Below are positions 23,653-36,305 of a DNA stretch of 64,000 bases, piece after piece (the stretch's first letter is position 1; each line of letters starts with the position of its first letter). The DNA comes from Psammoneis japonica (lineage: Eukaryota). The position numbers and the translations under genes were made by a program. Where the stretch lies: the NCBI GenBank assembly GCA_008632985.1, contig QPGO01000074.1, positions 248,001 to 312,000 on the forward strand, read 5' to 3'. Below the pieces are notes generated by a model. The model saw nothing but the letters and a program-made list of their open reading frames with translations, searched no databases and had not been told where the DNA came from.

Positions 23653-26135
23653 ATGACACCGAGCCAACGACAACGACGAGTAGTTGTAGGACTCGTGTTG
23701 CTCTTTGCAAGCAACGCTGTCGCGCTCAAGTGCCGTGTTGGATGGGGCCAGCAAGAACGTGAGATTCCAACCGATAAAATCAATGACAATTATTGTGATT
23801 GTCCGTATGATGGATTAGATGAACCAAACACGGATGCTTGTGCCGGCTCTGTGGGATGGACGGGTATTTCCGATCAAACTCAAGCCAGGTACGTGTTACC
23901 TATGGATTCTCGTTTGTTCAGAAAGAAATGTGTATCCAAAGCTTGCGTCTTTTGTTTTTCAATTTGCCCAAAAGTCTCCCCGTCTATCAGTGTCCTCAAC
24001 AACCAAAGTTACAATTGTCACTTTCTCGCATCCACGATGGCATTTGCGATTGTTGTGATGGCTCGGATGAAAAACCGGGCACATGTCCCGACATTTGCGA
24101 CCAGGTCTTGGCGGAAGAACGTGCGGCACAAGCCCGAGCCGAACAAAACTTTGCACTTGGTTACCAAAAGCGTCAAGAGTTGCTTGCCGAATTTGAAACG
24201 TTGCGTCAAGAAACCCTAAAAGAGATTGAGATCAAGGAACGCGAACTCAAGGCGGTCGAGGCGGATCAGCAGCAAGCACAGAGTGAAATATTGGTGGCAA
24301 AGCAAGAGTACATGAAGGAGAGACTTGCGCTTGTGGAAAACGTCAGAGACTCTCTAAAAGACTTAGTCAGTCCTCTAAGTCAGGACGAACTTGTGGCGTT
24401 GATTGTGCAATCCTGTCAGCTTGCCGGTGAAATGGAGGGAGCGGAGGAATCCACCTGCGTCCCACTTCGTCTGGCCGGCATGGACATGGGGTTTGTGTGG
24501 GAGGACGAGGATTTGGGAGCTGGCAAGGGGGTATTCAAGCCATTGTTGGAAGACAAGGATGGGTGGAAGCCGATTGCCGAGCTTATGGACAAGCATGTAC
24601 GCGGTCAGCGGTTGGACTGGTCACAGAAGAAGCAAGAGCAGCAGCCGGCGCATTCGCCTTCCCGTCATTCTAGACACAGGAGCAGGAGACGTAACCACGA
24701 TGACGATGATGACGACGACTATTCGAATGATTATGATGAGGATGAATATGGCGACGACACGTACTATGGCGAAGATGATATAGATTATCGAAGCAGGCGC
24801 GACAGCAATGACAAGGATACAAACGTAAATGAGGAGATCCTGAAAGAGATTCGCGGTACGCACTTGTCAAAATTTCGGCTACGGTTTCTCGAAACTGCGC
24901 AAGACCTTATCCGTAAGATTGAGGACTTCACCAACAAGGCTGATGACGACAATGATGCTGAGGAAGACGAAGATGATATGGAGGTTGAAGGCAAGGAGGA
25001 GGAACAGGAAGAGAAGGCAGAAGTTGACCCGAGTGACACGGTCCCATCTGTTGATCCAGCTGCCCTAGAAATGTCAAAAAGCACTCTGCAGCAACGAAAG
25101 GAACGGATCGAACAAGGCTTGGACTATGCTGCGTCCGGGTTGGTACTTACACGTACAGTGGTTGAACAAGCTTTTGTAGAACCGAAAGAGCTGCAAAGTT
25201 GGCTGGCGAATCTAGCGATTGGAACTGTGCTTCACGGGAAACTTTCTTCGCAGGATGTATGGCAGTTGCTAGTGATGAATGTGCCCGAATTTGGATACAA
25301 GTTGTCTGAGATTGAGGAATCTTGCGCCACTAGCGAAGACGGCGACGTGAGCGCTTGTATCGCAGCCGAGAGTGCGGCCTTCGACGCCCATCTCGCTGGC
25401 ATTTGCCCTCCACGAATAATAGAAAGTCGGGGGAACTCTTTTCCTCCCCAACCAATTGTTGATGAGGCCCACGTGTTGTGCGATGGTTTGACCAGTGAAC
25501 CTCCTACATTGGTCTGTACCGCAAGAGACACTGATGAACTGCCAACGGAAATCCCCGATGGATACTGCGGCTATTTCGACATTTATCCACGCGACAATGA
25601 GGACTTTCTCCATGAAAAATTCACGCCGTTGCTATCCTTGGGGGCATCACAAAAGATATCGGAACTAAACGAGAAAATCCGCAACGTGGACGATGCACAT
25701 CGAGAAGTGCAGAAAGAAGTCAATAAGTTGTACGACAAAATCGGTGGCAAGAATCAAGACAAATTTGGACCCAATGGCGAACTGCACTCGCTCAGCCAGG
25801 AATGTCCTTCCATCGAGGCCGGCAAGTACGTGTACGAAGTTTGCCTGTTTGGAAAAGCCAGTCAAAAAGATCGTGGTGATGAGCGCGGCAGCGGAACCGA
25901 TTTGGGAAGATGGAAGAAGATGGAAATAGACGAAGAGACTGGTGAACGCGTCATGACCTGGACAGGCGGCGCCAAGTGCTGGAATGGACCGCAGCGATCA
26001 GCAACTGTTCACGTTACTTGTGGTGTTGAAACACAAGTCCTATCCGCAGAGGAACCCGACACTTGTCGATACGTGCTCGAGATGGAGACTCCCATTGCTT
26101 GTGATGAAGATTACAAGAAGCGATTCGGTCTGTGA
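23653..26135 (+). CDS. PRKCSH: Glucosidase II beta subunit, 2 exons (23653-23888, 23975-26135)
   Basis: Signal peptide; INDNYCDC..DG.DEP.T.AC and IHDGICDCCDGSDE; acidic tract; C-terminal MRH domain (YVYEVC, GAKCWNGPQRS, AEEPDTCRY, TPIAC). Confidence 0.93.
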
Positions 26136-27646
26136 AGAAGTTAGTTCGTATAGGATTAGATTCAGCACAAATTAAGACTATCAGGCTAGTATCACATGCA
26201 AGACCCTTTAGCCAGCCGACGAGCGAAAAAAGCGCAGAAGATGGTAGGTCGGTCGACGTAGGACGAAAAAGTGCGCAGAACAGAATGCTGTAGTATGTAT
26301 CATCTGTACCGGTACCAAGTGTTGTTACAGTAATTAGTAATTAGCCCTCTACTCTCCATCTACCGGTATTCTGCAGGCACTGAACACAGAGAGTCAGGAG
26401 TCGATCGAAGTGTTACACGTGGCATCATCGAGCTGGGACGGAAAGCCAGCCAGCATGCCAGTAAAATGCCGAATTGAGTCCTCATGGCTGAATTGAGTCC
26501 TCATCTGACCCACATGTTGAATCGATCGATAAAATGATGAAAAAACAAAGGAATTAAACTGGTTTTGTTGCTGTGACTATCTTCAATGGCAACTGCTTCT
26601 GACCATGTGCTTGGATTTGGGTGCCTCGCTGCATTCTTCGGGCTGCCCGTTGCCATCGAACATGGTCGTTTGCACTTTGAACGCCAAAACGAGATTCAAC
26701 GCATCTTTGCAAGACTTGCATTTTTTTTGTGAACACGCTCCTCACACAAAACCGTGTGATGCTTCATGGTTCTGAGACATGTTGAATTTCTGCTGGTGCT
26801 TGACACGCAGAAATGTTCACAGGGGGGGCCGAGTTGAGCCATTGCACGAAAAATGTGCAACTTTTGAGGCCAGATTTAAGCTGATCTCAAGCCCATTTCA
26901 CAACCAACTGTCATCAAAGAAGTCAATGAGAGATGATGAAAAGCTGGGAACTGGAAAGAAATGGTCTGTTTCAGTCAATGTGTGACAAAAAAAGCCTTTC
27001 AACATGAGGCAAAAATGAGAACTCAGCTCGGTTTTTTGCTGGCACTTTTGCTTTGAACCAAGCAATCGCTGTGCGTGGACATGCACCACTCTCCATCATG
27101 AGTCTGTCTGTCAACCAACATGGGCATGCCTTGCACACCCCACCCGGTCATGTCATGGATGCTCAGAGATTGCAGACAGATGGCGCGTCAGCTCCGGTGC
27201 ATGCGTGCCCTCACTCTGGAATGCTTTGTGCACAGTCTGCTTGCGTTGACCCCGCTTCCACAGCACATGGCTGGCCGTGCACACTGGCAACAGCCATTTG
27301 TGCAAAATTGCTGAAAATCACATTTCGAGGCTTGTCTCTGATGGTCAAGTGCATCAGCAAAGTGGTGTGTCTTAAATGATCTCATCACTTCAGACAACAA
27401 AGCAAACATTGAAACTCATCCTGCTCAGTTTGTGGAGTTTGATTTGCTCAGTGTGTGTTGTTAAAAAAAAACATTGGTTTTTGCTGTCACAAAATCTCTC
27501 ACTGCACCTTGGTTTCTGTGTTGAAATGATGATGATGCGTTTGGAGCTGCTTTCCCCTGGATGCAGCCACACGAGTCTGTTTTTGGAGTCATTTGCTGTT
27601 GACAGAAAACCTGAGCATCATCAATCAAGCAAGAAGATGACAAAAC

Positions 27647-30600
27647 ATGACTGAGTTTGAACAGCCAGAGGAGTTGTTGTTCCCGGATGATGATGACGAT
27701 GACTCAAGCTGTGAAAGCCACAGCAGCACACCATCCCATGATGGTCAAAGCAACTCATCTGATGAAAAATGCAGTGAGACTCCTGCAGAATGGTGTGAGA
27801 CCCCACTGCTTCATCCTGGTGACATTGAAGCACATTTCAGTGACGTTGAAAACACTTTTTTGGACAACTGCTTTGAAGAAATGGCACAGATCAAACAAAA
27901 CCTTGTGAACAAAGTGAGGATGTTGTGCACACAAGAAGCAGTGCTGTCAAATGCATGTGATGATCAAGATGAGGCAATGACATCAAATGAGATGTTCAGC
28001 GCACTGTTTGCTCTTCTGGCAGTGCATGAGTTCCTCGGTGTGGTGATGAGCACAAACACGCTGCAGAACAAATGATTTGTTCCAAATTTTGCAGAATTTC
28101 AAGCATTTGTTCGGATCAAATTGTGGCTCTGTTTCCACAACAAGGGGCCTGGAGACATGATTCAATTTTCAGAGGACCACACATCTGCCCAGAATGAAGT
28201 TGACAAATTGAGTGGCAGCACACCAACCAAAAAGCATGAGCACTTGCATCATCCAATGCAGAGTTTGGATGGCAATGACCAACCAAACCAAGAGCCATCA
28301 ATGTGCTGGCAACCTGTCTTTGTTTTGATTGGTCATTGGAAAATCTGTTTGAAATGACAGGCAAAGGCACATCAAGTGTTTGCTGTGTGGTGGGGAAGAC
28401 TCACCTGGTCATTGATGATGACAAGCTTGCATGCAGTCTTTTTTGTCAGCAAATCCATTGCTTGCAAGGAGCAAAGGAATGCAGTCATTTGGCCCGGCAC
28501 GCAATTTTGTCAACTCCCTTGCCACTGGTGCAGAGCTTTCTGGATGCATGATGCACCACTCAGAGGGTGGCATTCATGCCCTCAAGATGAATCTTCTCAC
28601 CACATCTGGACAGTGGAGCCCTGATTTGTTGCAGTTTCCAGACACAATGCCACCAGGAGATGGACGTGGGGATGACAGTGATGACTGTTGTGACCTCCTG
28701 GAAGCAACAGACTTAGACACAGCAAATGCTGTGAAGCGTGGGCTGAATGTGCCACTTGAGTTTGGGAAGACAGGACACAAGACGGGTCACGACAACGTGT
28801 TGTCATCAAGGGCAGACCTGCCATTGCAATTGGCACACCAAAAAAGTTGGAAGAACAACACCACATTTGACAGCTTGGTGAAATGGAACAGGCTGTGTTG
28901 CATTTCTGCAATCTGGCAGGCCATGACTGAGTGTGTCACATGTTGAGCACGAGTGTTTGTGAAGTGAGCCAGAGCCTGTTCTGTGTGTTTCCATGCCGCG
29001 GCACAAGTGGAAGCAAGTGTCTTGGGCCTCCGACACACTTCCAGGCAGTTTTGCATGGAAAGTCTCTTTGCATGGAAGTGTGAAAGCAAGGCTTGCCAGA
29101 GTGGTTTGTGTTGCGATTGCGGCGATTGACTTCTGCTCTGTCACACCACTTGTTGCCAAGGTTGAGGAGTGGACCATCTGCAACAGAAATTGACCTTCTT
29201 GAAACAATGTCTGTCTAAAATTGTGGGACGACCCACCCCCGATTGATCTCTCTCATTCAACAAAGTCAGTGTTGCATCTTGTGGAACTCCAAAAAGATGA
29301 GCTCACTCGCATTTCAAGGTTGCATGGTCATCCTGTGAGTGGGGGTGCCAAGGCTGTCTTGGCAGACAGGATTCACAAAGAACCAATTGAGCTTTTTGAG
29401 CCAACTGCTTTTGATTCGTTGACCAAGAGAACATTTCTGAAACCACTGCAGGACAAAGACAAGAGTGCCCACAAACTCAGATTGCTGAACAAAGAGAAAG
29501 TCTGGGGCGTGATTGGAAGAATCATTTCTGATCATTTTGAGTGTGAGTTTGTGGAGCTGAAAGAATGTGGGCTCACAAGTCGCAAACAAGCCAGGTGGTT
29601 GGCTGCATCACTCAACGGATGGATTGTGTGCAAATGTGGTGACAGCGGCAAAACCAATTCAAGTCTGAGCAACCAACTCCATGCTGGATTAGAGACAAAG
29701 TCACCCACAGGAAAGGACACAAGGAAGCTTGTTGAATGACTTTGAGATGAGTTTGGTGATTGTTCAACATTGAGTGCAGAGATGATCTTTTCAAGGCATT
29801 GGCTCACATGCCAGAGTGTCAAGTCCAAGTGTTGCATCATGTCATGGTTTGCAGCTTTGACAAAGTTCTGTTTGTGGTGGCTGACATGTGCAAACCAATG
29901 TTCTCAGTTGTGGTGTCTTTTTGAGAAGACCACAAACGCAACTGCGAGACTTTGTCATTTTGAACACATCAAAGGGACTTGGAGTGGACGCACATGACAG
30001 CATGGAACAACAAGTCAAGTCCCAAACATCATGTCCCTGAATTTAGAGAAGAGGTGGTGTCAAGCAATGTGCACAGCATTGATCATGACACCATTTTGTT
30101 TCAATGCACGACATGGTGCAAGCTGCTTCTGAAAATGAATGCGCCGGGAATGCTGCTGCCGGTGACGAAGTGCATTGTGTCATCCATTGCAGCTTTCTGG
30201 AACAAGGGAAAGGGAAGGATTGATGAAATGAGCCAGTGCTTGCTCCACATGATGTGGCACATTTTGTGTGGAATGCCAAAGCAGCTTTTGAGCATTCAAG
30301 AAATTGAAAAAAATGTCCTCAACGCGTTCTTGCTGAAGAAGCACTGTTGTCATTTGATGGGCTCCAGTCCTGGGTGGGGCTCCGTGTGACATTGGGCCTG
30401 TGGAATTCTGCGTGCAAGCTCCACAGTGCAAGAATTTAATTGATGGACATGCTCATCTTCAACATCAAATGAACGACCAAGTTTGTGGTGCAATTGTGCC
30501 TCTCAACACTTGACATTTTTGAAGATGCCTGCCCTGTGCCATTCTCAAGACATTTGAGAATGGCGCAGAAGAAACAAATGTCAAAAGTTTTTGGACGGAT

Positions 30601-31024
30601 TGCTCAACAAGTGCACCACAAAATGACACAAAATTTCACAAAAGTCACGCACCTTTCTACATGCACAACACATGGCATGATCCAAAAAACTGTCGATGTC
30701 ACAGTTCAGCAGTGCGAGGTCCCACCTGGAGCTGGAGCCCATCATTTCTTCCCAAGAGAAGCACTCAAAGGAACAACACTGTGTCAGACCAAGCAAGCAC
30801 TTGACAAAAGAGAAGGGTCTGTCACTGCTTTTTTGAAAGAGCTTGCCACCACATGTGTCACAGCTGCGCCAATGCCAGAGACACCTGCATCTCCAGTGAA
30901 AAAGAGACACCAGGAATCGAGCGAAGACAATGACGAAAATTTGGATGTGGGCCTTGACAACATTGACAGCAACAATGAAGATCCATCAGCGGGACAAACT
31001 GCCCAGCAGAGAAGAGAAGCTTGA
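27647..31024 (+). mobile_element. Degenerate piggyBac-like transposase gene with embedded SAP and YqaJ/lambda-exonuclease domains
   Basis: LVIDDDKL (~28405); SAP-like LQKDELTRISRLHGHPVSGGAKAVLADRI; YqaJ-like ECGL..WLAASLNGWIV..GLETKSP; WNKGKGRIDEMSQ resembles the piggyBac YN..KGGVD..DQ motif. Many stops and frameshifts. Confidence 0.55.
30357..30742 (-). mobile_element. MITE, copy 1 of 3
   Basis: TIR ATGGGCTCCAG/CTGGAGCCCAT; flanks CATTTG/CATTTC; reverse-complement homologue of 63096-63482. Confidence 0.85.
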
Positions 31025-32392
31025 GAGCACTGCAGAAGATTTTTGAGGTTTAAATTGGAGCACTTGCGGATTCGCAACATGGTCTGTCAGTCTGTCCACC
31101 CATCTGTCTGTCAATGGGGAAGTCTGACCTTCATCCAAGGGGCCAGGCCGGATTTTCAGCACGTGTTGTTGTGGAGAGGGCACATGTTAAAAAGTGTGCG
31201 CCAACCTGAGCAGACTGCAGAAGTTTGCATGGAAATGATTTTTGTGCATGTGGAAACATGCTGGAATCTCAAAATCTGTCTGAATTCTCTGAGAAAGTCT
31301 CTGGCAGCTGGAGAGAGCATTTGTGTTGGTGGAAGAGGGCAGTCCTGCGATGCACTGGAGAGCATCTGCAGGGTCATGTGCCTTGCCTCTGCTTGGTGCG
31401 AGGGCACACCCTCACCCGTGCTGCCACTCCGCCGGCAGCACCCACTTCATCAGTTGTCTCTTGCTCTCCCCGTGAGAAAGAAGAGACTGCCCCACTGGCT
31501 GTTCTCAAGATTGCTTTTTGCAGGACTGAACAACCAGCATTGATCATGACAAAGCTGGCATCGCTGTTGGCCAAGTCACCACCCACTGCATTGTGGAGAA
31601 GGCACTTGACAATTTTGACCTTCAGCCCCTTGATGCCTCGCACACTGTGGAGCATCACAAGCTTGTGCTGAGGCACCATGGCCACACGCCATTTTTGCAC
31701 ACTTTGCAATGCAAGAGTTTGAAGGAGCAAGGGAGCTCTTGGCCCAGGACTCTGTTGTTGAAAGTTGCCTGTGCATTGTCCATGCCGCATGCCACCAATT
31801 GCAAGGGGGGTGCCATGTGCCACTCCACTGCGAGATTCTTTTGTTGGATGAGCTCCCATGTGAAAAGCTGCTTTGATGGGCTGGAGCTGTCCAGACTGGC
31901 CTCCTGTGATTTCTTGTTGGGCTGGGCCCATTCAGGACATCCCCTGGCCGCTGCTTGTGTTGCCATCCTGGCAGGCCTCCTGGTTTGATGCAATGGCACC
32001 ACCCCAGGTGTCCACCTGGCATCTTGATGTTTTGCTCTTTGAGCTGCCATTGTGGAGGTGTTTTGAAGTTTCAGAGGTTTTTGCTGCACTGTGTTTTGAC
32101 GGCTCTTTTCTCTGTGTTGTCCATTTTCTTTTGACAGCCATGACTCTCGCCACTGCCTTTTTGCACCAGAACTTCTTCAACCCTGTTTCACCAGGCTTTT
32201 AAGGATGGATCGATGTTCAGCGGTCAATTTTGTTTGGAGCTCGTAAACATTTAAAAATGACCCGGATTTTTTGTGCTGTCAATGCACGCGTTCGCCAAAA
32301 AAAATTCAGCGACAGGTCGAAAATTACAAAATCACGAGCCATTTAAAAAAATGCCGCTAAACATCGATCAAGCCTCAATGCCACTGGCGTGT

Positions 32393-32423
<31 letters not shown>

Positions 32424-32425
32424 GG

Positions 32426-32615
32426 NNNNNNNNNNNNNNNNNNNNNNNNNNNNNNNNNNNNNNNNNNNNNNNNNNNNNNNNNNNNNNNNNNNNNNNNNNN
32501 NNNNNNNNNNNNNNNNNNNNNNNNNNNNNNNNNNNNNNNNNNNNNNNNNNNNNNNNNNNNNNNNNNNNNNNNNNNNNNNNNNNNNNNNNNNNNNNNNNNN
32601 NNNNNNNNNNNNNNN
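32426..32615. other. Assembly gap (N run) preceded by (GT)n and poly-G
   Basis: 190 N bases. Confidence 0.99.
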
Positions 32616-32650
32616 TTGTGCATTGAACCGAGGCAACACAAGCACAAGCC

Positions 32651-35131
32651 ATGATGAGTGATGCAAGCAATCACGATGGATGGCTCTCTCAGATCAAGGA
32701 GGAAATCCAAGATGGAATGGGAGAGGAGTGGGATGACGAGTGCTGGACGGAATTCATTCGTGAAGTGGCGTGGTGGCTTGTCCATGAACAAGGCAGAACT
32801 AGAAATGAGATGATTAAAGCCGCCGTGGGTCTCATTGCGTGTGGTGCAAAAACAAAGGAGGATCTGTTTCTGGTTGCTGGGAACCCTCCTGACGATGAAA
32901 AATTGTCCAGAAAGCTTGAGGCGAAAGGCGTGTCTCTCGTCATCTGCGCTGTGTTGTTCAACGAGTGCGTCCATGTGCAACAGATTGGCAAGCCTGAACT
33001 GTTGCTTGCACTTCTGTCCCAAACTGATGCTTCTTGTCAGTGGTGCAAGAAAACATGTTTCGTTGTTAGATGATTTTATTCAACCTTTCTCATTTTCAAT
33101 TTTGGTTTGTTCTTAGACTTTCATGTTGAAGGCTTGTCGAGTGCCATTGAGGGACTTGCACTTGAGCCCAAGCAAGAGCTCCACAATCCGACCAAGGATT
33201 GTAGCACAACATCTGTGCCAGATTTGTTCATGCCTGTAAAGAGCAACAAGCCCAGGGACATGTTGCTGAATCGCCTTTTGGAATTAGAAGGAAAAGGAGA
33301 TGGAAAACAAACACCTGATGTCGCTCCCTTTCTTGCCATTGTTCAATCGAGTGGTTGCGGGAAGACCCGATCAGTTCTGGAGCTAGCCAAGGAACAAAGA
33401 GTTGTGCATTTACTTTGTTCCAACATCAAGGGAGGTCTGCAGTCTCCAAAGGTTGTCACTGATTTTATCAAAAACATCAAAAAGGCCGACACAACCAAAT
33501 TTCGTGAACGAAGAGCTGCCAGATTTCTTCAATGTGTCAAGAAGTGCTCCGGCAAGTGCAACACAGGACAAGAGTCATCCTCCGCTCAATTTAAGGACGG
33601 GAGATTTGCCAATTTCTACGATGAGCTTGCAAAAGTTTATGAAGAAAACCGCACCCCTCCCACTTCCCCCATGCAGAATGGATGCTCGGATTCGAAAAAT
33701 GACTCGTCCTCTTCCGACCGAGAGAATTTGCCATTGGTTGTTGTGTTCGACGAGGCATTGGGTCTGACAGAATCTGATGCGCTCAACTGCGACTCGCCCC
33801 ATCGGTGCATCCGTCGGCTCCTACGTTTGAATGATTTGATCGGGCTGTTCCTCAACATTTCGGGAAAGCTGCATCATTTTGCACCGGAAAATTCCTCATC
33901 GGATAGAATCGCGGGAATTGGCAACTTCGCAGGACCTGTGTTTGAGACAGACACTTTTGACCAGTTCAAAGATCACCTTTTCTTTCTTGGTTGTCCTTTG
34001 TGGAAAATGCAATGGGAGTGTTGTTTGGACAAAGACTGTGGAAAGTTGGTTGAACATGCATGCAGCAAATTGATTCCAAGCAAAACCAAAGGTGAGGATG
34101 CAAGTTGGTTGTGCGTCCCTTTTGTTTGTCGATTTGGGTTGGAACCGAAAAAGTCTCTAGCGGAAAAGATGGTTGCCGACCACATGGCAATGCTGGTGAA
34201 AGTGAGCAAAGACCGCTCAACTGTTGTTGCAAAGTGCAAGTCGGAACCAATTCTCGCGGAAGCTGCAGCACGCATTGCTTGTTGCGAGAAATGTGAAGGC
34301 ATTACGGTGAAAAGAGTGCTGAGAAATGTGAACGCGAATCTAGAAAACAGCATTTTGAAATGTGATGTTGGGGATTGTGGAGAAGTCGCCGCTGCTGCTT
34401 GGCTTGGTTTCACTCTCGATGGTGTCCGCATGATGAAGAATTGCAATGCAGAAACGCTCAATCTGTCATGTGAGGTTGACGTGTTTCAGTTCCTCAAAGT
34501 CTTGGCACCAGATTTGTCGATGTCGCCTCACGAACATCAACTGCAGGGATGGAAGATAAACTTCACACATTTCAATCGGTTGAGCTTTGCGCCCGATCAG
34601 AGCACACTTAAAATTTGCTGGGATCGTCATGCAGCGTTGTACTTGCCGGCCGGCGAAGAAGGCATTGACATGTTGATCGCTTTGTTCAAGGAAGACACTG
34701 TGCAAAACTTTGAGGAATTTGCAACTCTGCAAGTGCCAGTCAAGAATTGCAAAAACAACTTGAGTGAGACGGCTTTGAATGACCTGTTTCAGAAGCTGGA
34801 TGTTCGGTGCTGCTCCCCTTGAACCAAGCTTGCTGATGAACCTTTTTCAGTTGCCTTGGTCATGCAAGTTGGTGAAGGGGACATGGTCAATTTATGCAAA
34901 CTTGCTCAACTTGGAAGAATGACTTGTGCTGGTGCGTGTCACAGCCAAAGTGTCCAATTGCAGTTGGCCTGCACTGTGTCTGGAGATTGTTGCAAAGAAA
35001 TTCAGATGGTGGCAGGCAAATCCGTGGACAACAAGGACTTCATTAACTCGTCACACTCATTTCAAAATGGTGAATTTCCATGGTTCGTAGATGAGCAGTT
35101 TCATGATGTCTCAACGGTTGACTCACCATGA
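32651..35131 (+). pseudogene. Crinkler-like (header + P-loop NTPase + restriction-endonuclease fold) gene, hypermutated
   Basis: Walker A QSSGCGKTR, Walker B VVVFDEA, SEPILAEAA, INFTHF, REase-like GIDMLI...LQVPVKN; only 3 Tyr in 571 aa with excess Cys; premature stop at 34820. Confidence 0.7.
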
Positions 35132-36305
35132 AAAAGCAAGCAATTGCAGTGTTTGTTGCTGACAATCATCGTTTACATTCAGAGCGCGGTCCAGAAGGGT
35201 GTCTTCAATTGCATTGTGCTGTGTCTCCCAATTCACAAGTGAGCAACCCTGATCAATGTTCCAATCAAATCCCGTGATCAAGCAATTGGCTGTTCTCATG
35301 TTTTCGTTGATCCCAGTGTCTCACTGTGGACCCATTCAAGCTTGTTGTTTTTTTTTTCTGTGAAACTGGATTTCTCAGTTGCATTTTTTGAGGTGCCGTG
35401 TGACTGAGACAAATCCTCAGCATTCATTTCCCAACATTGGAGTGCTGTGCCCTTGCTCTTTGCACAGCACTTTCTGGGTCTGTTCCATCCCACTCAGAAT
35501 CCCCCATGCCAAGTCCAAGCTTCTTTTTGAGATGAGACTGGATTGACAACTTCTTCACAATGGAGTTTTGCACAACCTGTCCAGCCCATGCTTCTGCAAG
35601 CCAAGTCGTGGACACAACAAAGACAAGACCACCTTTGTCCACACACTGTTGCAAGCACCATGTTTGCCACTGTCATGAACAGTCAACAAGAAGACTGGGT
35701 GACACCCACAATTGACTCTCTTTCCCAAATTTCTCGAGCATGAATGAGTGCACAAGTGATTTTCAAGGGGATGCTTTTGCAGAGCCCTTGCATCTCTGCA
35801 TGGAATCAACCATGGGAAACAAGTGCACATCTGGCTGGGCTGCTTTTTGTTGTGGGAGAAGTGGCCTGTTCTAGCTCCAGGTGATGTGCTGAGGTGCACC
35901 ATCCATCCTTTGCCAATTTTTGCATTTGGTGCAATGAACTCCTTCAAAATTGATTTTCTCCAAAGTCAAAGGGCAAGTGCACACAAAACCTTTTTTTTGT
36001 GCACACTGACCTTTCAATTTTCGAAAAAATCAAAGTTGAAGGAGTTCATTGTGCCAAAGGTGATTTTCGGCCAGTGTCCCATTCTGCGTGAAAAGTGCTT
36101 TCTGCATGCATGCTTTTTTCATTTTTTGGAGGTCATGCTTTTGGTCCGCTTCAACTCAACTGACATCCAAGAACACCCCCTGTTTCCACAGACACCAGAC
36201 AGTCATTTCACTGAGCATGCCATGAAATGATGTCCTCTTGATTTCTCATCCGTCTCATCCACCATCCCTCTCAGCACACATTTTTCACTCAAATCTCCAA
36301 TGCAT

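Noticed and set aside
26415..32390. Possible TIR pair (gtggcatcatcgagct vs. agcctcaatgccac) delimiting the piggyBac-like element
   Set aside because: Match too short and imperfect, no TSD, and adjacent to an assembly gap.
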